Assembly: GCF_056712565.1 (NCBI RefSeq)
Contig: NZ_CM160072.1
DNA: 64,000 bases
Strand: one strand, 5' to 3'
Part shown: positions 26,565 to 41,269 of the stretch, piece by piece
Layout of the letters: every line of letters starts with the position of its first letter
Position numbering within the stretch: position 1 is the first letter of the stretch
Program-made: the position numbers and the translations under genes
The notes under the pieces: model-generated
What the model was told of the DNA's origin: nothing
The model's input: only the letters and a program-made list of their open reading frames with translations
Databases searched by the model: none

Positions 26565-27305
26565 TCAGAGAGTCGCTGCAACCTCATCAGAGATTTCACC
26601 GTTATGGTAAACTTCCTGCACGTCGTCGCAATCTTCCAGCATATCGATCAGACGCATCAGTTTCGGTGCGGTTTCTGCATCCATATCAGCTTTGGTGGAC
26701 GGGATCATGGAAACTTCCGCGCTGTCTGCTTTCAGACCTGCCGCTTCCAGAGCGTCGCGTACTTTGCCCATTTCTTCCCATGCAGTGTAGACATCAATCG
26801 CGCCGTCATCATAGGTCACAACGTCTTCAGCACCGGCTTCCAGGGCTGCTTCCATGATGGTGTCTTCATCGCCTTTCTCGAAGGAGATCACGCCTTTTTT
26901 GCTGAACAAATAAGCTACGGAACCATCAGTACCGAGGTTACCGCCACATTTGCTGAATGCATGACGCACTTCAGCAACGGTACGGTTGCGGTTGTCAGAC
27001 AGACATTCAATCATGATTGCCGTGCCGCCAGGACCGTAACCTTCGTAGATGATGGTTTCCATGTTTGCATCATCATCACCGCCCACACCTCGTGCAATTG
27101 CGCGGTTCAGAGTGTCACGGGTCATGTTGTTAGACAGTGCTTTATCAATTGCTGCACGCAAACGCGGGTTAGCGTCCGGATCACCACCGCCCAGCTTAGC
27201 CGCGGTTACCAGCTCACGAATGATTTTAGTGAAGATTTTACCGCGCTTAGCATCCTGCGCAGCTTTACGATGTCTGGTGTTGGCCCATTTACTATGACCT
27301 GCCAT
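26565..27305 (-). CDS. yebC: YebC/PmpR family probable transcriptional regulator
   Basis: 246-aa ORF matching YebC. Confidence 0.93.
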
Positions 27306-27333
27306 AAAAATATCTCCAGATAGCCCTGCCTGT

Positions 27334-27777
27334 TCAGGCAGCGTTAATTACAAACTGTTCAATCGCCTGCCGGTTGCTCCAGGACTTAGTGAGCGCCGCC
27401 GCAGCAGACGCATCAAACCACTTGTAAGCCAGATGTTCAGTGAAAACGATCTGGCGCTCGTGCGGAAGCGCAAGACAGAACCATGATTCCGTATTACGCG
27501 TCACGCCCGGCGCATAGCGATGACGTAAATGTGAAAAAATTTCAAACTCTACCGTGCGCTGACAGTCAATTAAGGTCAGTTGTTCAGCGACAACATCAAT
27601 GGTGACCTCTTCCTTTACTTCGCGCATGGCAGCTTGCGGCGCGGTTTCACCCTCTTCCACGCTGCCGGTTACCGACTGCCAGAAATCGGGATCGTCACGC
27701 CGCTGCAACATCAGCACCCGTTTCGTATCTTGTGCGTAGATGACCACTAAGATCGAAACGGGACGCTTATAAGCCAT
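27334..27777 (-). CDS. nudB: Dihydroneopterin triphosphate pyrophosphatase (Nudix)
   Basis: Nudix box [21 protein letters not shown]; start at the only in-frame ATG (27777). The K-12 annotation I recall is a few residues longer. Confidence 0.88.
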
Positions 27778-27778
27778 A

Positions 27779-29551
27779 TCAGTTATTCTCAGCCTTCTTC
27801 ACAACCTGAATGCTCAGCTCAGCCAGTGCAGTCGGGTTAGCAAAGCTCGGTGCTTCAGTCATCAGACACGCTGCCGCCGTGGTTTTCGGGAAGGCGATAA
27901 CGTCACGGATATTGTCGGTGCCGGTCAGCAGCATCGTCAGACGGTCAAGACCGAATGCCAGACCTGCGTGCGGCGGAGTACCGTATTTCAGGGCGTCGAG
28001 CAGGAAGCCGAATTTCTCGCGCTGTTCCTCTTCGTTGATACCCAGAATACCAAACACCGTCTGCTGCATATCACCATTATGGATACGCACAGAACCACCG
28101 CCCACTTCGTAACCATTGATGACCATATCGTAAGCGTTAGCCACCGCATTTTCCGGTGCAGCTTTCAGTTCTGCTGCCGTCATGTCTTTCGGTGAGGTGA
28201 ACGGATGGTGCATTGCTGTCAGGCCGCCTTCACCGTCGTCTTCAAACATCGGGAAGTCGATAACCCACAGCGGTGCCCATTTGCTTTCGTCGGTCAGACC
28301 AAGGTCTTTACCCACTTTCAGGCGCAGTGCGCCCATCGCGTCGGCAACAATTTTCTTGTTGTCGGCACCGAAGAAAATCATATCGCCATCTTGCGCGCCA
28401 GTACGCTCCAGGATGGCTTCGATGATTTCTGCATTAAGGAACTTCGCTACCGGGCTATTGATACCTTCCAGACCTTTCGCGCGTTCGTTAACTTTGATGT
28501 AAGCCAGACCTTTCGCGCCGTAGATTTTAACGAAGTTACCGTATTCGTCGATCTGCTTACGGGTCAACGATGCGCCGCCCGGAACACGCAGAGCGGCAAC
28601 ACGGCCTTTCGGATCGTTCGCCGGACCTGCAAATACTGCAAACTCAACAGATTTCAGCAGATCGGCAACGTCGGTCAGTTCCATCGGGTTACGCAGATCC
28701 GGTTTATCAGAACCATAACGGCGTTCTGCTTCTGCAAAGGTCATTACCGGGAAATCGCCCAGATCCACGCCCTTCACTTCCAGCCACAGATGACGCACCA
28801 GCGCTTCCATCACTTCACGCACTTGCGGCGCGGTCATGAAAGAAGTTTCCACATCGATCTGAGTAAATTCAGGCTGACGGTCAGCACGCAGGTCTTCGTC
28901 ACGGAAGCATTTAACGATCTGATAGTAGCGGTCAAAGCCGGACATCATCAGTAGCTGTTTGAACAACTGCGGGGATTGCGGCAGCGCGTAGAATTTACCT
29001 TTGTGCACACGAGAAGGCACCAGGTAGTCACGCGCGCCTTCCGGCGTGGCTTTGGTCAGCATCGGAGTTTCGATGTCGAGGAAGCCGTGGTCATCCATAA
29101 AACGGCGCACCAGGCTGGTGATTTTAGCGCGGGTTTTCAGGCGCTGAGCCATTTCCGGGCGACGCAGGTCGAGGTAGCGGTATTTCAGACGCGCTTCTTC
29201 GGTGTTGACGTGGTTAGAGTCAAGCGGCAGAACATCTGCACGATTGATGATAGTCAGCGAGGACGCCAGTACTTCGATTTCGCCAGTCGCCATATCGCGG
29301 TTAATATTTTTTTCGTCACGCGCACGTACGGTGCCCGTGACCTGAATGCAGAACTCATTACGCAGTTCAGAGGCCAGCTTTAACGCGTCCGCACGATCCG
29401 GATCGAAAAATACCTGCACGATACCTTCGCGGTCGCGCATATCGATGAAGATCAGGCTACCAAGATCACGACGACGGTTGACCCAACCACACAGAGTCAC
29501 CTGCTGCCCCACGTGGGACAAACGGAGCTGTCCACAATATTCTGTACGCAT
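27779..29551 (-). CDS. aspS: Aspartate--tRNA ligase
   Basis: 590-aa class II aaRS matching AspS. Confidence 0.97.
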
Positions 29552-29860
29552 GAGATATCCCTTAACTTAGCTGCCGGCGGATGCCCCCTGCTGCGCAGGT
29601 GACCAAGTCGCAGCGTTAGCTGTATGTCACAACTGAATGAAAAAAGGCGGCTATTATACTGGAAATTCTGCCGCACCGTAAGAGCCTGGCCCGCGCTGGA
29701 ACGCCTCGTTACCACTTTATATCGGGCCTGAAATCAGACTCTACGCCAGTTTGCTATAAAGGTGTTGCCCGAACTCATAAAAATTAACAAAATTTGTCGT
29801 TCCGCCATCGGCTAATCGCATTAAGGTGAGAGGCACGATTTTGTTTTGTCAGGAGTCATC

Positions 29861-30427
29861 ATGCTTGAACTTAATGCTAAAACCACCGCGCTGGTGGTGA
29901 TTGATTTACAAGAAGGCATCTTACCTTTTGCCGGAGGTCCACATACTGCCGATGAGGTGGTTAATCGCGCCGGGAAGCTGGCGGCGAAATTTCGCGCCAG
30001 CGGTCAGCCCGTGTTTCTGGTGCGCGTTGGCTGGTCTGCCGATTACGCCGAAGCATTAAAACAGCCGGTTGATGCCCCCTCCCCCGCAAAAGTGTTGCCC
30101 GAAAACTGGTGGCAACATCCTGCTGCATTAGGTGCAACCGACAGCGATATCGAAATCATCAAACGTCAATGGGGTGCGTTTTACGGTACGGATCTGGAGT
30201 TGCAATTACGCCGCCGGGGTATCGATACAATAGTGTTATGTGGGATCTCGACCAATATCGGTGTTGAATCCACCGCCCGCAATGCCTGGGAACTCGGTTT
30301 TAATCTGGTGATTGCCGAAGATGCCTGTAGCGCCGCTAGCGCCGAGCAGCACAATAACAGCATTAATCATATCTACCCGCGCATCGCCCGTGTGCGCAGT
30401 GTGGAAGAGATCCTCCACGCGTTATGA
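29861..30427 (+). CDS. yecD: Isochorismatase-family hydrolase YecD
   Basis: Start taken at ATG 29861 ([17 protein letters not shown], 188 aa) preceded by CAGGAG. Confidence 0.88.
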   Translation: MLELNAKTTALVVIDLQEGILPFAGGPHTADEVVNRAGKLAAKFRASGQPVFLVRVGWSADYAEALKQPVDAPSPAKVLPENWWQHPAALGATDSDIEIIKRQWGAFYGTDLELQLRRRGIDTIVLCGISTNIGVESTARNAWELGFNLVIAEDACSAASAEQHNNSINHIYPRIARVRSVEEILHAL

Positions 30428-31242
30428 TTTACATCGGTTTGCCGCAATGGTCGCATCCTAAATGGGTGCGGTTGGGGATCACCAACCTTGAAGAGTATGC
30501 CCGCAACTTTAACTGCGTGGAGGGTAACACCACGCTTTATGCCCTGCCGAAACCCGAGGTTGTCCTGCGCTGGCGTGAGCAGACCACAGATGACTTCCGC
30601 TTCTGTTTTAAGTTTCCGGCGACCATTTCGCATCAGGCAGCATTACGGCATTGCGATGATTTAGTGACTGAATTTTTGACCCGCATGTCACCGTTGGCTC
30701 CGCGCATTGGACAATACTGGCTGCAACTGCCTGCCACATTCGGCCCACGAGAGCTGCCTGCGCTTTGGCATTTTCTCGATTCTCTTCCCGGTGAATTTAA
30801 TTATGGGGTGGAAGTCCGCCATCCACAGTTTTTCGCCAAAGGGGAAGAGGAACAAACGCTTAATCGCGGTTTACATCAGCGCGGCGTTAATCGGGTGATT
30901 TTAGACAGCCGCCCGGTTCATGCAGCACGTCCACACAGTGAAGCTATTCGCGACGCTCAACGAAAAAAACCTAAAGTTCCGGTACATGCTGTACTGACGG
31001 CGAAAAATCCACTGATCCGTTTTATCGGTAGTGATGATATGACGCAAAACCGGGAGTTATTTCAGGTCTGGTTACAAAAATTAGCACAGTGGCATCAGAC
31101 CACTACGCCTTATCTTTTTTTACATACGCCAGATATTGCCCAGGCCCCGGAACTGGTACATACCCTGTGGGAAGACTTACGTAAAACGCTTCCAGAGATC
31201 GGAGCAGTTCCGGCTATTCCACAGCAATCTTCTCTTTTCTGA
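30424..31242 (+). CDS. yecE: DUF72 family protein YecE
   Basis: 272-aa ORF overlapping the yecD stop by 4 nt. Confidence 0.88.
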   Translation: MIYIGLPQWSHPKWVRLGITNLEEYARNFNCVEGNTTLYALPKPEVVLRWREQTTDDFRFCFKFPATISHQAALRHCDDLVTEFLTRMSPLAPRIGQYWLQLPATFGPRELPALWHFLDSLPGEFNYGVEVRHPQFFAKGEEEQTLNRGLHQRGVNRVILDSRPVHAARPHSEAIRDAQRKKPKVPVHAVLTAKNPLIRFIGSDDMTQNRELFQVWLQKLAQWHQTTTPYLFLHTPDIAQAPELVHTLWEDLRKTLPEIGAVPAIPQQSSLF

Positions 31243-31294
31243 ATTTGCCACCTATCATAGACAGGTGCCATCGGCCATTTTAAAGGGAGTTTGT

Positions 31295-33442
<2,148 letters not shown>

Positions 33443-33457
33443 AGGTCTGGTAATACT

Positions 33458-33556
33458 GCCGGATGCGGCGTGAACGCCTTATCCGGCCTACAAAGTCTTG
33501 CTAATTCAATATATTGCAGGGGCTATGTAGGCCTGATAAGCATAGCGCATCAGGCA
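33458..33556. repeat. Pair of REP elements downstream of cmoB
   Basis: TGCCGGATGCGGCGTGAACGCCTTATCCGGCCTACA and GTAGGCCTGATAAGCATAGCGCATCAGGCA. Confidence 0.8.
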
Positions 33557-33576
33557 GTTTTGCGTTTGCATAACCT

Positions 33577-33601
33577 CAGCGCCCGTTTCCGGGCGCTTTT
33601 C
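33577..33601 (+). terminator. Intrinsic terminator of cmoAB
   Basis: AGCGCCCG-TTT-CCGGGCGCT followed by TTTT. Confidence 0.75.
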
Positions 33602-33606
33602 ACGTC

Positions 33607-36036
33607 TTATGCCTGAACAGCTGGCTGATCAAACGCCGTTAACTTCGGCGCATTGCCCGTATATTTTTCGATATACACCAGCGCAGTGTTACCGGCACAG
33701 GCATTCGCCAGCTGCGAGCTGGGGATATCCGCCGTTAACACGTTCGCACTACCGTTTTTACACAAGCCATTTTCCAGATCTAGCCATGCACCTTCATGCA
33801 CGCATACCACGCCTTTTTTGATCCCGTCAGTCACCACCGCGCCTGTCAGAATCTGACCGCGCTTGTTCCAGACACGCACCAGATCGCCATTCGCAATACC
33901 AAAGCGAGCAGCATCTTCGGTGTGAATAGTGATTGGTTCACGATCGGCAACCGCATATTTTTTACGCAGTTCCGCATAGTTAAGCTGACTGTGTAAACGG
34001 TGTGCCGGATGTGCGGTCAGAAGCTGCAACTGCTTCTCGTCGGCGGTACCCTTCCACTCATCAGGCGCAAGCCAGGTTGGGTGTGCCGGGCAATCCTTAT
34101 AGCCAAATTTTTCCAGCGTTCTGGAGTAAATCTCAATTTTGCCGCTTGGTGTACCCAGCGCATTTTTCACCGGATCGGCGCGGAAATCACCATAACGAAT
34201 GTACTGTTCGTTCTTCTCGCTGCGGCGCATTTCGATCAGTTTATTTTGCTGCCAGAAGGCATTAAACATTGGCATCGTCACGCGTTGCGCACGCGCACCT
34301 TTCTGAGCGGCATCATAGAAAAATTTCAGCCACGCCATTTCATCTTTACCTTCGGTATAGATCTCTTTTCCGCCAGGTTTGAGTAATTCAGCAAGATCGG
34401 CAAACACGTCAAAATCGTTGCGCGCTTCAAATTGCGGAGCGACAGCCTGCTTCATCGGCACAATATGCTGGTTGCTGTAATCACCGGTCATCGTCAGGTC
34501 ATTGCGCTCAAACGATGTGGTGATCGGTAATACGATATCTGCATGTTTAGCAGCTGCGGTCCAGTAGCATTCAGAAACGACGATCATCTCCGGTTTCTGC
34601 CATGCTTTAATCAGACGATTAGTATCCTGGTGATGGGTAAAGTTACCGCCACCCGCCCACCAGATCATTTTGATATTCGGATACGTTTGTTCTTTACCGT
34701 TATGCTGATATTTGCCGCCAGGATTTTCCAGCGCATCGACGATACGGGCAACAGGAATCGCCGTAATTCCGCCATCATCAGCGGCCTCGCTGGCCTGTCC
34801 GGCAATCGCCGCAGACATTTCTGGTAGCACTCCGCCAACACGCGTCGGGTTGCCACCGTTGGAGTAATGATAAGAGAAACCAAACCCGCCGCCCGGTGTA
34901 CCAATCTGCCCTAACATCGCCGCCAGCGTCACCAGCATCCAGTGTTTCTGTTCACCATATTGCTGGCGCTGAATTCCCCAGCCTGCCATCAGCATTGTGC
35001 GATTTGCCGCCATCAGTTCAGCGAGTTTGACTATCTGCGCTTCCGGTACGCCAGTAATTTCCGCCGCCCAGGCCGCGCTCTTCGGCGTATTATCGCTCTT
35101 ACCTGTCAGATACTCTTCAAACTGCGGATACCCGGTAGTGTATTTTTCAAGGAACACTTTATCGTGTTTGCCTTGTGTCATCAGGGTATGCGCAATCCCT
35201 AACATCAGTGCCACATCGGTGCCCATATTCGGTGCGATCCAGGTGGCATTATCGCCAAAGAATTCGATGGTTTCGGAGCAGATAGGATCAATGGCAATCA
35301 CTGGTTTGCCAGATTTTTTCAGCTGATGGAAGTATTCCAGCCCTTGCTCATCGGTACTGCTCCAGGCAATTTTGAGCGTGTTCAGCGGGTTCATCCCCCA
35401 CAGCACCACCACCTGGCTGTTTTCCAGAATAAGCGGCCAGGAGGTCTGCTGTTCATACACCTCTACAGAACCGACCACATGCGGCATGATCACCTGTGCC
35501 GCTCCGGTTGAATAATCGCCGCTATGCCCGGAATAACCGCCCGCCAGGTTCATATAACGTTGCAGTAAGGTTTGCGCTTTATGCAACACGCCAGAAGAAC
35601 GCCAGCCGTAAGATCCGGCAAAAATGGCCGATGGTCCGTTAGCTTTACGAATACGATCGTGTTGTTCATGAATCAGTTTTAATGCTTGTTCCCAGCTCAC
35701 CTGTACATAGGTATCTTCGCCACGACCTTTCGCCGGTTGCAGTGGATTATCGAGATAGCTTTTTCTCACCATCGGATGCTGAATACGCGCCGTGGTGTGT
35801 ACCTGATCCGCCGCCGTAGACTGTAAGGAGTTCGGTATGGTTTTCGCCAGCGCGCCTGTCGAAGAAACAATCTTGCCGTCCTTCACTTCTACGTTCATCG
35901 CTCCCCAACGGCCCGCAGTGAGAATTTTGCCGCCCTTCTCTTCTGCCCATGCGGGTAGCGGTGCAGCCGATGTCACCACCAGCGTCCCTGCCGCAATACC
36001 GCTATGTTTAATAAATTCACGTCTTGTTAATGTCAT
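33607..36036 (-). CDS. torZ: TMAO / S- and N-oxide reductase TorZ (BisZ), molybdopterin enzyme
   Basis: Start taken at ATG 36036 ([13 protein letters not shown]..., 809 aa) preceded by GGGAGGAAG; twin-arginine signal. Confidence 0.93.
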   Translation of the reverse strand: MTLTRREFIKHSGIAAGTLVVTSAAPLPAWAEEKGGKILTAGRWGAMNVEVKDGKIVSSTGALAKTIPNSLQSTAADQVHTTARIQHPMVRKSYLDNPLQPAKGRGEDTYVQVSWEQALKLIHEQHDRIRKANGPSAIFAGSYGWRSSGVLHKAQTLLQRYMNLAGGYSGHSGDYSTGAAQVIMPHVVGSVEVYEQQTSWPLILENSQVVVLWGMNPLNTLKIAWSSTDEQGLEYFHQLKKSGKPVIAIDPICSETIEFFGDNATWIAPNMGTDVALMLGIAHTLMTQGKHDKVFLEKYTTGYPQFEEYLTGKSDNTPKSAAWAAEITGVPEAQIVKLAELMAANRTMLMAGWGIQRQQYGEQKHWMLVTLAAMLGQIGTPGGGFGFSYHYSNGGNPTRVGGVLPEMSAAIAGQASEAADDGGITAIPVARIVDALENPGGKYQHNGKEQTYPNIKMIWWAGGGNFTHHQDTNRLIKAWQKPEMIVVSECYWTAAAKHADIVLPITTSFERNDLTMTGDYSNQHIVPMKQAVAPQFEARNDFDVFADLAELLKPGGKEIYTEGKDEMAWLKFFYDAAQKGARAQRVTMPMFNAFWQQNKLIEMRRSEKNEQYIRYGDFRADPVKNALGTPSGKIEIYSRTLEKFGYKDCPAHPTWLAPDEWKGTADEKQLQLLTAHPAHRLHSQLNYAELRKKYAVADREPITIHTEDAARFGIANGDLVRVWNKRGQILTGAVVTDGIKKGVVCVHEGAWLDLENGLCKNGSANVLTADIPSSQLANACAGNTALVYIEKYTGNAPKLTAFDQPAVQA

Positions 36037-36060
36037 AACTTCCTCCCTGATCAACGAGGA

Positions 36061-37161
36061 TCACTGTTTCTCGGTAATATCTTTGGCGTTGTACTGGAAG
36101 TACCGCGTCAAAATGTCCAGTTCGTTTTCGCTCATGCTGGTTCGCGCCCCCATTCCTTTGGCAATGGACGGCCATGCATTGACGGTGTAATGGTCGGCGG
36201 CAATAGGGGCATGGCAGCCAGCGCAATAGGTATCGTCAAGTTTTTCAGCGTATTGCCATAGCGGTTTACGGTCCGCTAATGCGGGATCGATAAGCGACCC
36301 CTGCAAAGACGCCTGACGCCATTGATTGCCGTATTCGTCAGCCTGCCATTCCCCGTTTACCGTTAGCGCCTTGATACCTTCTTCACTTAATGTGGCGAGC
36401 GCCAGCCGTTGACCTGCCGCCAGGTAGAGCGTGTTTTCACTGCCCTGCATTTGATAACCCTGCAACCGAACAATTGGCTGTTTACCACTGACATCAACGA
36501 CGGTAAGATCGGTACCAGGAGTCACGGTAGCCAGGTCGCCTATGCGAGAAGTTTTGAAAGGATAAATATGTGCGCCATTAGTAACTGAAGTAGCGGCCTG
36601 ACTTTCCAGCTCATGCGCCGCGTTGTCATCCATTTTTATTTCTGGCGGAAAATGGGCAATGCCTTTATGGCAATCGATACAGGTTTCGCCGTCCTTTTGC
36701 GCTTTATTATGCATTTTTTGCGCAGATTCACTTTGCGAGGCAATATCCATGGCATCAAAAGAATGGCAACTACGGCAGGTTGCAGAGTCAGTTGCTTTTA
36801 ATTCTTTCCATACTGTTTCGGCCATTTCCTGGCGATGAGCTTCGAACTTATCGTCACTGTCTATTTTGCCGCTAACAAATTCATGATAAATATCTTTAGA
36901 TGCTTTTAATTTAGCAAATAAATAATCCATCCCTGACTTTGGAATATGGCAATCAGCACATTCCGCACGTATCCCTTTCTGGTTTGAAAAGTGGACAGTT
37001 CCCTGATATTCCTCAAAAGGTTTACTCATCGAGTGGCAGGAAAGGCAAAATGCGGTATCCGACGTTTTATGTAAGGCTTTTTGCGCCAGCAATAACCCGC
37101 CGCCACCAACCACAACCGCTATCAGCAAAAACAATAACCCAATGCGTTTTTTCCCTCGCAT
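36061..37161 (-). CDS. torY: Pentaheme c-type cytochrome TorY (TorC-like)
   Basis: 366 aa; N-terminal membrane anchor; five CxxCH motifs (CLSCH, CADCH, CRSCH, CIDCH, CAGCH). Confidence 0.93.
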   Translation of the reverse strand: MRGKKRIGLLFLLIAVVVGGGGLLLAQKALHKTSDTAFCLSCHSMSKPFEEYQGTVHFSNQKGIRAECADCHIPKSGMDYLFAKLKASKDIYHEFVSGKIDSDDKFEAHRQEMAETVWKELKATDSATCRSCHSFDAMDIASQSESAQKMHNKAQKDGETCIDCHKGIAHFPPEIKMDDNAAHELESQAATSVTNGAHIYPFKTSRIGDLATVTPGTDLTVVDVSGKQPIVRLQGYQMQGSENTLYLAAGQRLALATLSEEGIKALTVNGEWQADEYGNQWRQASLQGSLIDPALADRKPLWQYAEKLDDTYCAGCHAPIAADHYTVNAWPSIAKGMGARTSMSENELDILTRYFQYNAKDITEKQ

Positions 37162-37469
37162 AGATTCCTCTAATTAAATTCCAGGACACCGATACCATTG
37201 TATAAATAAATACACAACGAATTGACTACTTGCTTAATTCGGCACAACACTGCCTGAAATAATCGATAAAGAATATGATTTATTACAATGTAATCATTAA
37301 TTGCTAAGAAATAACCCAGTTGTTATTTAGAATATATATTTGTCAGTTTTGGCAATTTAAATCACATAATGAATGTGAATATATAAAATATTTTTAGCAC
37401 AACGCTATGCGCACTGTCACCCGCTCAACAGATCACGGCAATCGTTCGTTTTTTATACTGCTCAGGGAT

Positions 37470-37502
37470 AAAAAAAGGCCCCTGTTGAAATTGCAGGGGC
37501 CT
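37470..37502 (-). terminator. Intrinsic terminator downstream of cutC
   Basis: Minus strand AGGCCCCTG...CAGGGGCCT followed by TTTTTTT. Confidence 0.8.
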
Positions 37503-37548
37503 GGTACGAGCAAGCATCATATTGGGCGACATGATGCAACGGTAAAAA

Positions 37549-38304
<756 letters not shown>

Positions 38305-38308
38305 TTAG

Positions 38309-38875
38309 TTACGCCGACTGCTCGCTGGCAACGATCTCTTCAATGGACCACGGATGAAACTTAATGGTTGTTTTACCATCGGTGACCGCCAGCGTCGGAT
38401 TCGGTAATCGTTCATGCTCACCTTTTGGCGAACTGGTTTTAACTGAGATCCCCGGCAGGCTGAGTCCTTCATCAGAAAGCAATGCCAGCGCACGGGCATT
38501 CAGCGTTTCTGGATCACCCGGCAGAACGATTTCAATATGTTCCCAACCTTCGTGCGGGTAACGTTTTTCCCCGGGCCACGGTAGCTCCACAATGGAAAAC
38601 TGCCAGTGCGCAACCTGTACCGGTTCATGCAATTTAAACAGACAAATCGGTCTGCCATTGATCATATTTTCTGACAAAAGCTCGCCGCACTGTTCAAACC
38701 CGCGACGCCAGCGTTCAGCGGTGACGTTTTGATGGCAACGCAAGGAAATGTGATCGGCAGTCAGCGGAGTGATATCCAACCCCAGACGGCGGGAAAGTTC
38801 ATCTAATGCGTGGGTAAATCGCGGTAAATCCGATGCAATATCCTGCAGCTCGTCGATAGATTGCCAGTTCGCCAT
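38309..38875 (-). CDS. yecM: Conserved protein YecM
   Basis: Start taken at internal Met (MANWQSIDELQ, 188 aa). Confidence 0.88.
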   Translation of the reverse strand: MANWQSIDELQDIASDLPRFTHALDELSRRLGLDITPLTADHISLRCHQNVTAERWRRGFEQCGELLSENMINGRPICLFKLHEPVQVAHWQFSIVELPWPGEKRYPHEGWEHIEIVLPGDPETLNARALALLSDEGLSLPGISVKTSSPKGEHERLPNPTLAVTDGKTTIKFHPWSIEEIVASEQSA

Positions 38876-39090
38876 AATCACTCTTCGTCTTTCATTAAAA
38901 GCGTTAATTTACCCTGTTGCCCTGCGCCAACCAACCGCTGATTTCGCGCCGCTCCTGATGCAATAGTGAAAACGGCAATACGCCCCGCGCACGTTGCTGA
39001 CGAAAACAGCCATTTGCAGTATACTCCCGCCCTAATTTCTTTAACTGGTGCGGGCAATTTTTGCTCGCTTCATCAATGTAAGGTATTCCG

Positions 39091-40824
39091 GTGAATATTC
39101 AGGCTCTTCTCTCAGAAAAAGTCCGTCAGGCCATGATTGCGGCAGGCGCGCCTGCGGATTGCGAACCGCAGGTTCGTCAGTCAGCAAAAGTTCAGTTCGG
39201 CAACTATCAGGCTAACGGCATGATGGCAGTTGCTAAAAAACTGGGTATGGCACCGCGACAATTAGCAGAGCAGGTGCTGACTCATCTGGATCTTAACGGT
39301 ATCGCCAGCAAAGTTGAGATCGCCGGTCCAGGCTTTATCAACATTTTCCTTGATCCGGCATTCCTGGCTGAACATGTTCAGCAGGCGCTGGCGTCCGATC
39401 GTCTCGGTGTTGCTATGCCAGAAAAACAAACCATTGTGGTTGACTACTCTGCGCCAAACGTGGCGAAAGAGATGCATGTCGGTCACCTGCGCTCTACCAT
39501 TATTGGTGACGCAGCAGTGCGTACTCTGGAGTTCCTCGGTCACAAAGTGATTCGCGCAAACCACGTCGGCGACTGGGGCACTCAGTTCGGTATGCTGATT
39601 GCATGGCTGGAAAAGCAGCAGCAAGAAAACGCCGGTGAAATGGAGCTGGCTGACCTTGAAGGTTTCTACCGCGATGCGAAAAAGCATTACGACGAGGATG
39701 AAGAGTTTGCCGAGCGTGCACGTAACTACGTGGTAAAACTGCAAAGCGGTGACGAATATTTCCGCGAGATGTGGCGCAAACTGGTCGACATCACCATGAC
39801 GCAGAACCAGATCACCTACGATCGTCTGAACGTGACGTTGACCCGCGATGACGTCATGGGTGAAAGTCTCTACAACCCAATGCTGCCGGGTATCGTGGCG
39901 GACCTGAAAGCCAAAGGTCTGGCAGTAGAAAGTGAAGGCGCGACCGTTGTATTCCTTGATGAGTTCAAAAACAAGGAAGGCGAACCGATGGGCGTTATCA
40001 TTCAGAAGAAAGATGGCGGCTATCTCTACACCACCACTGATATCGCCTGTGCGAAATATCGTTATGAAACACTGCATGCCGATCGCGTGCTGTATTACAT
40101 CGACTCCCGTCAGCATCAACACCTGATGCAGGCGTGGGCTATCGTCCGCAAAGCAGGCTATGTACCGGAATCCGTACCGCTGGAACACCACATGTTCGGC
40201 ATGATGCTGGGTAAAGACGGCAAACCGTTCAAAACCCGCGCGGGTGGTACAGTGAAACTGGCCGATCTGCTGGATGAAGCCCTGGAGCGTGCACGCCGTC
40301 TGGTGGCAGAAAAGAACCCGGATATGCCAGCCGACGAGCTGGAAAAACTGGCTAACGCGGTTGGTATTGGTGCGGTGAAATATGCGGATCTCTCCAAAAA
40401 CCGCACCACGGACTACATCTTCGACTGGGACAACATGCTGGCGTTTGAGGGTAATACCGCGCCATACATGCAGTATGCTTACACGCGTGTATTATCCGTG
40501 TTCCGTAAAGCAGAAATTGACGAAGAGCAACTGGCTGCAGCTCCGGTAATCATCCGTGAAGATCGTGAAGCGCAACTGGCAGCTCGCCTGCTGCAGTTTG
40601 AAGAAACCCTCACTGTGGTTGCCCGTGAAGGCACGCCGCATGTGATGTGTGCTTACCTGTACGATCTGGCCGGTCTGTTCTCTGGCTTCTACGAGCACTG
40701 CCCGATCCTCAGCGCAGAAAACGAAGAAGTGCGTAACAGCCGTCTGAAACTGGCACAACTGACGGCGAAGACGCTGAAGCTGGGTCTGGATACGCTGGGT
40801 ATTGAGACAGTAGAGCGTATGTAA
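39091..40824 (+). CDS. argS: Arginine--tRNA ligase
   Basis: 577 aa; GTG start at 39091; class I HVGH motif. Confidence 0.97.
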   Translation: MNIQALLSEKVRQAMIAAGAPADCEPQVRQSAKVQFGNYQANGMMAVAKKLGMAPRQLAEQVLTHLDLNGIASKVEIAGPGFINIFLDPAFLAEHVQQALASDRLGVAMPEKQTIVVDYSAPNVAKEMHVGHLRSTIIGDAAVRTLEFLGHKVIRANHVGDWGTQFGMLIAWLEKQQQENAGEMELADLEGFYRDAKKHYDEDEEFAERARNYVVKLQSGDEYFREMWRKLVDITMTQNQITYDRLNVTLTRDDVMGESLYNPMLPGIVADLKAKGLAVESEGATVVFLDEFKNKEGEPMGVIIQKKDGGYLYTTTDIACAKYRYETLHADRVLYYIDSRQHQHLMQAWAIVRKAGYVPESVPLEHHMFGMMLGKDGKPFKTRAGGTVKLADLLDEALERARRLVAEKNPDMPADELEKLANAVGIGAVKYADLSKNRTTDYIFDWDNMLAFEGNTAPYMQYAYTRVLSVFRKAEIDEEQLAAAPVIIREDREAQLAARLLQFEETLTVVAREGTPHVMCAYLYDLAGLFSGFYEHCPILSAENEEVRNSRLKLAQLTAKTLKLGLDTLGIETVERM

Positions 40825-40841
40825 TCGCGTTATACGGCAAC

Positions 40842-40872
40842 AGCCGATGTCATTGCAGACATCGGCTTTTTT
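40842..40872 (+). terminator. Intrinsic terminator of argS
   Basis: AGCCGATGTC-loop-GACATCGGCT followed by TTTTTT. Confidence 0.8.
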
Positions 40873-40876
40873 ATCA

Positions 40877-41269
40877 TTAACGATAATTTACAATCACTTC
40901 ATTCCGTTGAATCTTTAGCGGCGGAATTAACCGCCCACCGCCAGGCACTTCCCAGATAAAGCGCAACGGTTCTGCCGCCGGTATACCGGAAAAGGCCATG
41001 GTGGTTCCACTCTGCCCCTCTAATTCGACACAACGAGATTGTGAACACAAGCGAACCCGCAGTCCTGCAGGTGTCGGACCGATAAGCTGATAACGCCACG
41101 CCACCAGCGTCATCAATCCTGAAGCAGGTTGTCGCGTAGAAAGAGGCGCTGACGACATCGATTCACCGCGATGATTTAGCGTAACGCCCACGCTACTCGC
41201 CTGCCACATCCCCTCCCCGGCGGCTTGCACCAGCAGCGGAAACAATAATATTGCTAATAAGGCTCTCAT
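40877..41269 (-). CDS. flhE: Flagellar protein FlhE
   Basis: 130 aa with signal peptide; start codon overlaps the flhA stop by 1 nt. Confidence 0.92.
   Translation of the reverse strand: MRALLAILLFPLLVQAAGEGMWQASSVGVTLNHRGESMSSAPLSTRQPASGLMTLVAWRYQLIGPTPAGLRVRLCSQSRCVELEGQSGTTMAFSGIPAAEPLRFIWEVPGGGRLIPPLKIQRNEVIVNYR

Noticed and set aside
28205-28954. 249-aa plus-strand ORF, plus similar long antisense ORFs at 26604..27323, 39262..40191, 43061..43825 and 7056..7739
   Set aside because: Each is fully contained opposite a conserved gene (aspS, yebC, argS, flhA/flhB, ptrB) with low-complexity or Cys/His/Arg-rich composition; the sense-strand genes explain the sequence.
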